A stretch of DNA of 63,316 bases, filler included, from Chlamydiia bacterium (GTDB lineage: Bacteria > Chlamydiota > Chlamydiia > Chlamydiales > FEN-1388): NCBI GenBank assembly GCA_903848235.1. It is 12 parts of 12 records of this genome, joined end to end, with 100 filler letters (N's around TTAATTAATTAA, not from the genome) between each part and the next. Parts side by side here need not be neighbours in the genome. Positions count along the whole stretch, not along the records: positions 31,593 to 35,000 come from CAINFV010000234.1; positions 35,101 to 38,874 come from CAINFV010000235.1; positions 38,975 to 41,598 come from CAINFV010000236.1; 9 more parts are not named here. One strand, given 5' to 3'. The notes under the pieces were generated by a model, which saw nothing but the letters and a program-made list of their open reading frames with translations, ran no database searches and was not told the DNA's origin. Below, in pieces: positions 31,593 through 41,107 of the stretch. Each line of letters begins with the position of its first letter. Position 1 is the stretch's first letter. The translations under genes were made by a program, and so were the position numbers.

Positions 31593-31828
31593 AATTGCTG
31601 TTTCTACCTGTAACGTTCTCCTTGAATTTTGGACTTTTCTTTCCACCCGATTTCTTGTGAAAATTTTGAAGTTTTCAGCTTTTCTTCTTTTGTCTTTGTA
31701 ATCGTCATTCCTGATGAACTCTAATGAGCGAAACTTGTCGAATCGAAAACAAAGACCAATCCCTTTAAAGGATTCCCCCCATTTGCGATCACTTGCCTGC
31801 TTTTTTCCAACAAAGAAAGCATCCACAA
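31593..31828 (+). repeat. 5' pseudo-LTR (second copy 34672-34909)
   Basis: ~237-bp near-identical direct repeat; differences seen are one substitution and two 1-nt indels. Confidence 0.95.
31692..31756 (+). ncRNA. Minimal type I hammerhead ribozyme, copy 1
   Basis: CUGAUGA 31711-17, stem II cuc/gag, GAAAC, GUC site 31737-39, stem I auuc/gaau + ucg/cga + gucuuugu/acaaagac. Confidence 0.82.
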
Positions 31829-31882
31829 AGAGTATTTTTCTGCAAGAAGATCCAATCACGGACCATTTATTTCTCAGAAACA

Positions 31883-32644
31883 ATGGACCGCACCACTAAT
31901 GTCTTGGAAGACACCATTAGTGCACAAATCCGGCAGCTGCGTATTGCAGAGTTCAACCTAATTCAACGAAAGAATAGCTTGATCAAGCTGTTGGCACACC
32001 AGAGCGCGGGGACACTGCCGAAAGACCTGAGTTTTGTTTTCAAAGAAGTTGCTCTTCCGAAGACATTCTCAGCGAACATCGTAGCAGACCTCCACAGCAA
32101 AGAGCAAACAATTCTTCTTGCAGCTAAGAATGAAATACTTGCATTGCGAATCGCGACTTATCAGGAGAACGTAGGAAAATTGGAAAATGAGGCTTTGCAG
32201 ATGAATCAGACCGACAACATCCGCGCAAGCTTCATCACCCAGCTCCCTGAACTAGCATCGCAACCAGACATGCTCAAACAAGTGATCTCGAAGATGATGC
32301 TCCAGAAGTCAGCACTCGAGACCAGAAGCAGAGCCAAAGCAGCAGCAGTTCCGATGATCGTAGAACCAGAACCAGCAGCAGCACCCAACATTGCAGACCT
32401 CTTCAAGCTCGTCACTCAATTGGCGGCTACAGTTTCACTGCTCCAGAAAAACGGAGCTCGGACCTCGGACCGTCACTCCGCACCATCGTCCGGAAACACC
32501 AGAGAGTCGTCTGCGAAGAGAGAACAGCCGAAAAGACCTGCCGAAGTCGACAGATCTCGTTCGCCCCGGCAACCAAGAGGGCAGAGCCCGCGCCACGGAG
32601 ACCGCGATACCGCGAAAACCAAGGAAACCCGCCGAAGACGCTAG
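31883..32644 (+). CDS. Retroelement ORF1: coiled coil plus basic Arg/Ser-rich tail
   Basis: ATG 31883 just after pLTR; helical Q/E/L-rich body; RSRSPRQPRGQSPR tail. Confidence 0.7.
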   Translation: MDRTTNVLEDTISAQIRQLRIAEFNLIQRKNSLIKLLAHQSAGTLPKDLSFVFKEVALPKTFSANIVADLHSKEQTILLAAKNEILALRIATYQENVGKLENEALQMNQTDNIRASFITQLPELASQPDMLKQVISKMMLQKSALETRSRAKAAAVPMIVEPEPAAAPNIADLFKLVTQLAATVSLLQKNGARTSDRHSAPSSGNTRESSAKREQPKRPAEVDRSRSPRQPRGQSPRHGDRDTAKTKETRRRR

Positions 32645-34485
32645 AGCAACTAGCTATAGATAAGTACTCCTGCATCACAAATAAAGGAGTATTCAATCTG
32701 TCAGACTATGCCCTTTCTCCCTTAGAATCTTTAGTCCTTGGCCTCGGCCTCAATTTCATCCCATCCCCTTGTACAAATCCCGCCACTCTTCTCCCTCCCA
32801 TACTAAAATCCATAGCTAAACTCCACCGAACCCTAGAACTAGCCATGTACTTTAAATCTATACCTACTGCCGATCCTACGATTCCTTTCAATCATACGAA
32901 GACCCCTTGGATTCCCAATCCCAGCCCTAACTACTCGGCCTCCTTACAACTGTACATAGACAAAATCACAATCGTAGCCACAGAGACCATTCTCTCATCC
33001 CGCATTCGACTTAACGAAATAGACACCCTCCTGTACAAAACTCTCCTTCACTTGCGTCGTCAGAATCACATTGTCATGAAGCCTGCTGATAAAAATCTCG
33101 GCCTATGTATCCTCAACAGAGTAGACTACATTGACATGTGTATGACCCATTTGAACGATGCCCTTACATACCAACCTGTCCCTAAATACACACACAAAGT
33201 AGTCGTTGACAAATTACGTAAAATAATTCTCTCCGCGGGACGTATGTTTGTAGAAAATAGCATCGACCTAACTCCCCTCTCTAAATCTTTGCTGCAATAT
33301 GAGAACCCAGAAACCTGCAGAATCTCACTCTTTTATTGCCTTCCCAAAGTACATAAGAACCAAGCAAAACCCCCCGGCAGACCCATTGTCTCCTCATGCA
33401 GCTCTCTCACATATCCTGCATCGAAGTATGTAGACCACTGCCTCAGCCCTTTCCTTAAATTCTTAAACACTATATGTCGTTCCTCAAACGACTTCATTCG
33501 ACTGCTCACCTTCACAAAGCAAGCACCGACTGATATCATTCTGTGTGCGGACGTCACTTCTCTCTACCCAAACATCCCCCTGGATTTTGGGCTCGAGAAA
33601 GTGTCTTCCCTACTCAACCATCTAAATCAGATTCACAAGTTAATCCCTCCCAAGGACCTCGTATTCTGCCTTGACCTGATGAACTGGGTGTTATATAACA
33701 ACTATATCTCATTTGCTAATACTACGTACAAACAAATTAAAGGTACAGCGATGGGCACACCTGTCGCTGTCACTTTTGCCCAACTCTTCCTAGCCGCCAT
33801 AGAGCTTCCTATCCTTTCTACTACTCCCTGCACACTCTATCAACGCTATATAGATGACATATGTGCTTTAATCTCTGAATCCGCCGCCTCAGATTTCATT
33901 GCACAATTTAATGCTGTATGCCCATCTATCAAATTAGAAGCAGTCACTATCGGACCTAATGGCATCTTCCTTGACCTTTCCCTCCACGTTGTGAATGGCT
34001 CCACCTCCTACACAATCTATCAGAAACCAGCCAATAAATACCAATATATTCCTTTCCTCTCTGCACACAACCTGTCTGTCTTCTATAATTGGGTGTTTGA
34101 AGAATTGAAGCGATATCGTGTGAAATGCTCTACTCACTCAGACTTCGTCTCTCTTACTCTACTCTTCGCTGAACGCCTTAGAGCTAGAGGCTACCCTCCT
34201 AGAATATTTGCCCTTGCCATGACCAATCTACCATCGCGAGCATCTCTACTCAAACCCATCCTCAACCCCAATAAAATCAATATTAAGCACAAAGCCTTAG
34301 GCCCTGTCCTCACCTTAGCCTTGCCTAGCTTACATCCCAATCCTAGATGGAAACTGCTTCTAGCAATTCCCCCTCAAATATTTTACAACCGTCATTATTT
34401 TGAGGCCTATGGAAATAAACAACTAGTAATTGGAAAGCGCAACCCTCCTAACGTCGCCTCCTATGTCACTCACAGCAAATTATAG
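32251..34485 (+). CDS. Penelope-type reverse transcriptase (frame open from 32251, first ATG 32845; no GIY-YIG)
   Basis: VFNLS..LGLNFIP N-terminal motif upstream of ATG, KPADKN, LPKVHK, GRPIVS, ADVTSLYPNIP, GTAMG, RYIDD, FLDL. Confidence 0.9.
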   Translation, partial: TSIATRHAQTSDLEDDAPEVSTRDQKQSQSSSSSDDRRTRTSSSTQHCRPLQARHSIGGYSFTAPEKRSSDLGPSLRTIVRKHQRVVCEERTAEKTCRSRQISFAPATKRAEPAPRRPRYRENQGNPPKTLEQLAIDKYSCITNKGVFNLSDYALSPLESLVLGLGLNFIPSPCTNPATLLPPILKSIAKLHRTLELAMYFKSIPTADPTIPFNHTKTPWIPNPSPNYSASLQLYIDKITIVATETILSSRIRLNEIDTLLYKTLLHLRRQNHIVMKPADKNLGLCILNRVDYIDMCMTHLNDALTYQPVPKYTHKVVVDKLRKIILSAGRMFVENSIDLTPLSKSLLQYENPETCRISLFYCLPKVHKNQAKPPGRPIVSSCSSLTYPASKYVDHCLSPFLKFLNTICRSSNDFIRLLTFTKQAPTDIILCADVTSLYPNIPLDFGLEKVSSLLNHLNQIHKLIPPKDLVFCLDLMNWVLYNNYISFANTTYKQIKGTAMGTPVAVTFAQLFLAAIELPILSTTPCTLYQRYIDDICALISESAASDFIAQFNAVCPSIKLEAVTIGPNGIFLDLSLHVVNGSTSYTIYQKPANKYQYIPFLSAHNLSVFYNWVFEELKRYRVKCSTHSDFVSLTLLFAERLRARGYPPRIFALAMTNLPSRASLLKPILNPNKINIKHKALGPVLTLALPSLHPNPRWKLLLAIPPQIFYNRHYFEAYGNKQLVIGKRNPPNVASYVTHSKL

Positions 34486-34770
34486 AATACGAGCCCCTCC
34501 TACCCCCACTCCCTCACCTCTCTCTCAACACTACTGCCACTACACTTCATCACTACTATCTACATCCCCTCCAATCCCACTGTCTCTACTATTTCCTGCC
34601 TCTATATCTACACCGTACCTATTTTATTGCTTCGCATGGGGCAACCCCCCCCCCCACGCGCGCGGTCAGAGAATTGCTGTTTCTACCTGTAACGTTCTCC
34701 TTGAATTTTGGACTTTTCTTTCCACCCGATTTCTTGTGAAAACTTTGAAGTTTTCAGCTTTTCTTCTTTT

Positions 34771-34836
34771 GTCTTTGTAATCGTCATTCCTGATGAACTC
34801 TAAATGAGCGAAACTTGTCGAATCGAAAACAAAGAC
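34771..34836 (+). ncRNA. Minimal type I hammerhead ribozyme, copy 2
   Basis: Same core as copy 1; only difference is one extra A in the stem II loop. Confidence 0.82.
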
Positions 34837-35100
34837 CAATCCCTTTAAAGGATTCCCCCCCATTTGCGATCACTTGCCTGCTTTTTTCCAACAAAGAAAG
34901 CATCCACAATGAAGTCAAAAAAATGTTTTTATTTCGGGACGAATTTCGAGGAGAGTGTGCTAAAGGTGAAGTAACCGTTTTTTACGGTCAAAATCAACGG
35001 NNNNNNNNNNNNNNNNNNNNNNNNNNNNNNNNNNNNNNNNNNNNTTAATTAATTAANNNNNNNNNNNNNNNNNNNNNNNNNNNNNNNNNNNNNNNNNNNN

Positions 35101-36007
35101 TAGCTCAGTACGAGTAGCAAAAATCCAAAACTGGACCGTATTTGGCGTGCGTCGAGGATATCGAGGACTGATCTATGGAGAGCTCGATGAAATGGGATCT
35201 CGCTCTGTGTCAAATATTATTCAGCGCGGAGGGACGATTCTCCGAGCATCGCGATGTAAAGAATTTGAGACAGACGATGGGCTGCAGCAGGCAAAAAGAA
35301 CGCTAGAGGCTTTTGGCATCCAAGGCCTGATCGTCATTGGCGGCGACGGCTCATTTCGAGGAGCTGTGGCACTCGCGAAGATCTGGGACGGCCAGATTAT
35401 CGGTGTCCCTGGGACCATTGATAACGATATCTTCGGAACTGATTTCACGATTGGCTATGACACCGCTGTGAACACGGCCGTCGAAGCAATCGATAAAATT
35501 CGAGATACCGCTGATGCACAGGAGAGGTATTTCCTCGTAGAAGTCATGGGGCGAGAAGCTGGGTTTATAGCCCTCGCAGCGGGCCTATCAGGAGGTGCCG
35601 AGGAGATTATGGTTCCTGAAATTCACACGGAACTCTCCGAGATCCATAGACGCCTGATGCAAGGGAAGCAGCGTGGAAAAACATCCAGCATTTTAATCGT
35701 TGCTGAAGGAAACCATGAGGGAAATGCCTTTGAAATCGCAACAAAGCTCAAACTGCTGTGTGGAAGCGAATATCGAGTCGTGGTTCTTGGCCACATTCAG
35801 CGCGGCGGATCCCCTACGGCAAGCGACAGAATCCTTGCCACAAAGCTCGGAGCCTATGCTATCGACGTTTTGACAGAAGGCAAGTCCAACGTCATGGTTG
35901 GCGAGGTGAAAGGAGAGCTTGTCACCACACCTCTAGAGGATACGTGGGGAACGAAAAAGCCTCTTGATCCCTACCTGCTTCATTTAAACTCAGTACTCGA
36001 AACGTAA
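35101..36007 (+). CDS. pfkA: ATP-dependent 6-phosphofructokinase (5' truncated)
   Basis: GGT, IGGDGS, PGTIDND, EVMGR, LGHIQRGG. Confidence 0.92.
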
Positions 36008-36016
36008 ATTAGGCTC

Positions 36017-37144
36017 ATGGAACAATTCTATTCAAAATGGGCTCGCGTCCTGGTGCACTACTGCCTAGAAGTAGCCCCTCGGCAACATTTTGTCATTGCA
36101 GGAGATGTTGAGGCAATGCCTCTTATCAATGCTTGCATGCAAGAAGGGGTTGATGTTGGCGCTTTTTGCGACTATCTGTGTATTTCAGGGCATCACAAAG
36201 AGATGCTCTTTGCGCGAGGCCATGACGATCAGCTCGAACGCACACCAGCTCTCTGGCTGAATGCTGTATCGACGTGTGATAAATACCTCATTATTTCAAG
36301 CGCTACGAACACCAGAGCACTGTCTCAATATCCCAAAGAACGGCAGGTGCTTTATTCGAAGGGATACTCCCCTGTCGTCGATACGATTATTCGGCGACGC
36401 CATGAAGGAAATTTTTCTTGGTGTCTGACCCAATTTCCATCCCCTGCACTAGCCCAAGAGGCGAACATGGGGACTCTCGACTATCAAAAGCTCACTGCTG
36501 CTGCCTGCTTCCTCGACAGAACAGATCCCGTGGCACAATGGAAAGCGCTTGCCCAAAGGCAGCAAAAACTCGCCGATAGACTCTCTACGGGCACTATACT
36601 TCGCTTTGAAAATGATGAAGGCACCTGTCTTGAAGTCGACATTCAAGGGATGCGATGGGTGAATAACGCTGGAAAGACTAACTTTCCAGATGGAGAAGTG
36701 TTCACAGGGCCAAATCTTTCTGCCCCCAACGGCGGTGTCAACGGAACTGTCCGTATCACGTTCCCAACAATTATGAAACAGGTCGAAGTATCGGGGATTG
36801 AGTTAACGTTTGAGAAGGGAGCTGTCGTCAAGGCATCAGCAAAAGAAAATGATGCTTTCCTCCAGTCCATGATCGATCTCGATCCTGGCAGCCGATATGT
36901 TGGGGAAATAGCACTAGGAACGAACTATGCAATTTCGACGGGGACGAGGAATATCTTATTCGATGAGAAGATCGGCGGGACTTTCCATTTAGCTTTAGGG
37001 AAAGGCTATCCTGAGACAGGGAATACCAATCAGTCAGCTCTTCACTGGGACCTTGTCACCGACATGAGGCAGTCTGGGAAGATCTTCCTCGACGACGAAC
37101 TCATCTCTGATAAAGGACAGTTTGTCGATGCAGAATGGCCTTAG
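36017..37144 (+). CDS. Peptidase M29 (AmpS/AmpT-type aminopeptidase)
   Basis: NFPDGEVF, GEIALG, LFDEKIGGTFHLALG, NQSALHWD. Confidence 0.9.
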   Translation: MEQFYSKWARVLVHYCLEVAPRQHFVIAGDVEAMPLINACMQEGVDVGAFCDYLCISGHHKEMLFARGHDDQLERTPALWLNAVSTCDKYLIISSATNTRALSQYPKERQVLYSKGYSPVVDTIIRRRHEGNFSWCLTQFPSPALAQEANMGTLDYQKLTAAACFLDRTDPVAQWKALAQRQQKLADRLSTGTILRFENDEGTCLEVDIQGMRWVNNAGKTNFPDGEVFTGPNLSAPNGGVNGTVRITFPTIMKQVEVSGIELTFEKGAVVKASAKENDAFLQSMIDLDPGSRYVGEIALGTNYAISTGTRNILFDEKIGGTFHLALGKGYPETGNTNQSALHWDLVTDMRQSGKIFLDDELISDKGQFVDAEWP

Positions 37145-37305
37145 GAGTCAAATTTAAATAAACTAGACAATCTGGGCGAGCGAGATCATTGAGATACGAA
37201 CGATCGAGACAAGCCCCCATAGCGTGCTATGGGCGAGGAACGGTCGCGCGCAGATCAATCGGTCGCAGCCGGCCAGATTGTCTAGATTATTTAAACTTGA
37301 CTCCT
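37143..37305. mobile_element. Palindromic MITE (family A core, different TIR)
   Basis: aggagtcaaatttaaataaactagacaatctgg / ccagattgtctagattatttaaacttgactcct; overlaps upstream stop codon. Confidence 0.78.
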
Positions 37306-37435
37306 TAGCTCGACATGGATTCATAAGGACTCACCAATTAAGCGCCTGTTTATCCATCAGATCTATTTTCTTGACATAACTGGAATTTTGGTACAATATT
37401 ACGGATATAGATAAAATAGTCCGAGGTTTTGTGCC

Positions 37436-38050
37436 ATGAAGAAAAAATCAAACCTTGACACAGCTGTTGCAGCTTTTCGAAAGGCGGGAGGCGTTCTCAC
37501 TATGTCAGAAGCCATGGCCCTTGGTATGCATCGTCGAGAACTGTATACATTACGCGACAGAGGGGACCTAGAAACTATCTGTAGAGGGCTGTATCGTCTT
37601 ATCGAAATGCCGGAACCTTCGTTTCCAGACTTTGTTTGTGTAGCGAAAAAAATCCCCAGGGGGGTCATATGTCTGATTTCAGCCTTGGCATTTCATGAAA
37701 TCACCACTCAAATACCACATTTCGTCCACGTCGCCTTACCCCGCTCTGCTCATAAACCGCTGATTTCTTACCCCCCCATGCGATATTTTTGGTTCACTGA
37801 GAGACTTCTAACGACGGGGGTTGAAGAACACACTGTCAACGGCTGCACCATTAGAATTTTTGACGCCGAAAAAACACTTATCGATTGCGTTAAGTTCCGA
37901 AATAAAGTCGGAATGGATATCGTTCTAGAGGCACTGAGGATGTATTGGCAGAGCGAAAAAGCAGATCTTGAGAAGCTTTTTGAATATGCAAAATTATTTC
38001 GTGTCAAGAAAATCTTAAAACCGATTATGGAGGCAATCGTCAGTGGGTAA
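37436..38050 (+). CDS. Type IV TA antitoxin, AbiEi family
   Basis: RGLYRL, GVICLISALAFHEITTQIP, EKTLIDC. Confidence 0.9.
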   Translation: MKKKSNLDTAVAAFRKAGGVLTMSEAMALGMHRRELYTLRDRGDLETICRGLYRLIEMPEPSFPDFVCVAKKIPRGVICLISALAFHEITTQIPHFVHVALPRSAHKPLISYPPMRYFWFTERLLTTGVEEHTVNGCTIRIFDAEKTLIDCVKFRNKVGMDIVLEALRMYWQSEKADLEKLFEYAKLFRVKKILKPIMEAIVSG

Positions 38051-38741
38051 ATCAACTGAAAACCCGAAAAAGAACCTTGGCGAATCGATACGTCAACGAT
38101 TAAAGAATCTTTCGAAAATCAGAAACCGTCCCTTCGATGAAATCCTTCGATATTATGCAATAGAGCGATTTTTGTACCGTCTGAGCAGGAGCTCCTATGC
38201 TGAGAAATTTTTTCTCAAAGGAGGTCTCATGCTGAAAGTGTGGGATTCTATGAGCCACCGCGCCACCATGGACATCGATCTGCTTGCTCGAACATCAAAT
38301 CAGATTCAAAATTTACAAGGAATCATCTCTGACGTTGCTGCAATTCCCTACGAGGAAGATGCTATAGCATTTGACACGCAGAACCTCATTCTCCAAAACA
38401 CACAAACTACCGGAGACTACAACGGCGTAAGCGCCAGTTTTTCTGCAAAATTGTTTACAACCAAAATGCCTGTTCTTATCGACATTGGGTTTAATGATAT
38501 CATCATTCCTAAGGCTCAAAAAATTCAATACCCTACACTCTTGGGAATGCCCGAGCCCACTTTGTGGGGGTATACACTAGAGACGGTTATCGCCGAAAAG
38601 TTAGAGGCTATTGTAAAACTTGCCCTGATCAATACACGAATGAAGGATTTTTATGATCTGTGGACGATCCTACGACACCATGAGATACAGCCTGACAGAC
38701 TGAAAGTAGCCATATCAGAGGTGTTTGCGAACCGGGGTTAG
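38043..38741 (+). CDS. AbiEii-family nucleotidyltransferase toxin, probably C-terminally truncated
   Basis: ERFLYRLS, LKGG, RATMDIDLL, AEKLEA, TRMKDFYD; stop codon supplied by a repeat end. Confidence 0.85.
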   Translation: MGKSTENPKKNLGESIRQRLKNLSKIRNRPFDEILRYYAIERFLYRLSRSSYAEKFFLKGGLMLKVWDSMSHRATMDIDLLARTSNQIQNLQGIISDVAAIPYEEDAIAFDTQNLILQNTQTTGDYNGVSASFSAKLFTTKMPVLIDIGFNDIIIPKAQKIQYPTLLGMPEPTLWGYTLETVIAEKLEAIVKLALINTRMKDFYDLWTILRHHEIQPDRLKVAISEVFANRG

Positions 38742-39156
38742 TAACTGCTCGATAAAATATGGACATATCTGGATAAACCTACCCTTTTTGTCCAGATTTT
38801 GACTAGCAAAAAAAACATACTGCACATCTCCAGATCAAGGCATCTTTGTTTTTTCGTGCTATAGTTTAAACAAANNNNNNNNNNNNNNNNNNNNNNNNNN
38901 NNNNNNNNNNNNNNNNNNTTAATTAATTAANNNNNNNNNNNNNNNNNNNNNNNNNNNNNNNNNNNNNNNNNNNNTGTTATTCCATACTCTAAAGCTGAAA
39001 TAGCTTCTTTACGAGTTTTGTACTCTTTTAAATATTGTTGTGCAGTAGATTCAGGGCCTTGTACTATTTTTTGATATTTGCTTGACAGGCTTTTTTTATA
39101 GAGTAAGTTACGATAGCATTATAATGCTATCAATTATAACTAAAATAAAGGGAAGG

Positions 39157-41087
39157 ATGAAAAAACTGAAGATGTTGGTGAGGAAACTTTTAGACATTGG
39201 TGCCATTCTTCCAGGTTCAATCAGCCGTCAGTTCAATGTCTGCGGGATGTCCGGATGCCGTTGCAAGGATAAAAAGAATCCGAGGAAGCATGGTCCGTAT
39301 TTCCAGCTCAGCTACGGTGCGAAGGGCAAAAGCTCCAGCATGTTTGTAAAGGAGGCCGATACCGTAATGGCTGGCAGGATGGCGGAAAACTACAAGAGAT
39401 TCCGCGATCTCACCATCGAGATAGGATTTGAAATGGTTGCGTTGAGCAGGGAGAAGGGCGTTGATGGGGCGGCGAGAATCTATAATGAAATTCTGTATCG
39501 CGAGAAGATGCGCTCGATCGGAAGGAAGCCAGAGGCGCAGTCTAAAAAAGAGGATGGCGAAGAGAAGGAGAGGAAGTTGGAGCGCAGTTCCATGATCGAA
39601 AAGAAAAGAGTCGAGACAAGGGATATTCGTGCGAGCCGGAGCAAGTGGAGGGAGGAAGCTCTATCTCTAAGGAAAAAGCTGACGGCGCTTGAAGACCGTC
39701 TAGAATCAGCCGAAAACGAGAAGTCTCTGCTCGGTTTGGGACTCAAAAAAAAAATGAGCCATTAGCCGGAGTCAGTTCCACCCCATGCGGATTCCATTAT
39801 TCTCTGGATACAATCATCCTCTCGATCCGGCTTGTCGTGTTCGGGTTGCTGTCACTCAGGGGAACCGGCAGGGCGCTGGACTTGTTCTCCGCGTGGTTCG
39901 ACGGCGGTGTCCCGTGCCACGTGGTCGTCCAAAACTGGATAATGCGTCTCGGCATTTACAGGTTGCGCAAGCCACCGGAGAAAAGAAAGGATTGGATATT
40001 CATCCTGGACCACACTATAGATTACGGAACGAAAAAATGTCTTGTAGTCCTTGGAGTAACTATGAAAAAATTCGTGGAGAAGAAATGCCGCCTCAGCCAC
40101 GAGGACATGAGTGTGCTGGACATCTCGATAGTGGAGAAGGCCACAGCTTCTAGCGTGGAGAAAACTCTTTTGATAGTTGCGGAAAAGGCGGGGACTCCCG
40201 TCCAGATCGTATCTGACAAAGGCAGCAGCATAAAGAAGGGAGTTGCGGATTTTATAGGGAGGAATTCCGGAGCAAGGCATACATACGATGCAACACACAA
40301 GGCGGCGATTCTCATGAAACATCATCTCAAAAATGATTCGAGGTGGAAGGCGCTCACCAAGAAAATGTGGATGGCCAAGAGAGATATCCTGTTCACCCCG
40401 CTGGGATTCATGGTCCCTCCGAAACCGAAGGACAAGGCAAGGTGGCTCAATCTGGACATATATATGAATTGGCTCGGGAAGGCATTGGATTTTCGCAAGC
40501 GCAAGGTTGATGCCGGAGGAGCGAAGCTATTTGATGAGAAGCTCGGGTGGATAGGGGAATTCGCCGGTTCGCTGCCGGAATGGAGAAGCATGCTCGACAT
40601 GCTGGACCTGATGAAGGGGGAGATAAAAAAGAACGGATTAAGAAAAGACACACCAATGCGATTCGAGAAACTTTCCTCGGGGATAGTCTTATCGACCAAA
40701 AGATTGCGCACACTGAAGAAGGAAATAATGGACTACATCGAGGTAGAAACCGCAGGCATCGGGGATGACCAGATTTTACTTGGCTCCTCCGACATAATTG
40801 AATCAGTCTTCGGAAGATATAAGGGGTTTTCTGGAAAAACTCCCATGAAAGAGGTTGGAAGAGCGGTGCTGGCAATACCCGTGTTCACGGGGAAATTCGA
40901 TGCGGCAGAAGTGAGAACAGCCATGGAAAGCGTGCCGGCGAAAGATGTGGACGATTGGCTCAGGCAGAATATCGGAGAGAGTTTTTTGTCAAAAAGGAAA
41001 AGGGCTTTTAGTCTCATAAATACAAATTTTAAGAATTCCTCGGTGAAGTTATTTCCAGAAAACCTAAGAAAAGTGGCAAGTTTTTAA
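39157..41087 (+). mobile_element. Two-ORF DDE transposase: orfA 39157-39765 (DUF6788-like) and orfB in -1 frame via A10 run
   Basis: GSIS..CG...CRC..HGPY; orfB ILDHT, VSDKG, YDATH, SDIIES. Confidence 0.7.
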
Positions 41088-41107
41088 CACCCTAGGTCTG
41101 ACCCCTT

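Larger units (their letters stand above)
31593..34909 (+). mobile_element. Endonuclease-deficient Penelope-like retroelement with pseudo-LTRs
   Basis: PLE-type RT, ORF1, direct terminal repeats containing hammerhead motifs. Confidence 0.88.

Noticed and set aside
32845..34485. RT as retron, DGR, group II intron or defence RT of the neighbouring prokaryotes
   Set aside because: Motifs, N-terminal NLS..GL.F.P region and pLTR/hammerhead layout are Penelope-type; it is on its own contig
31593..34909. LTR retrotransposon or retrovirus
   Set aside because: No protease, RNase H or integrase motifs and no TG...CA ends visible; the repeats are pseudo-LTRs
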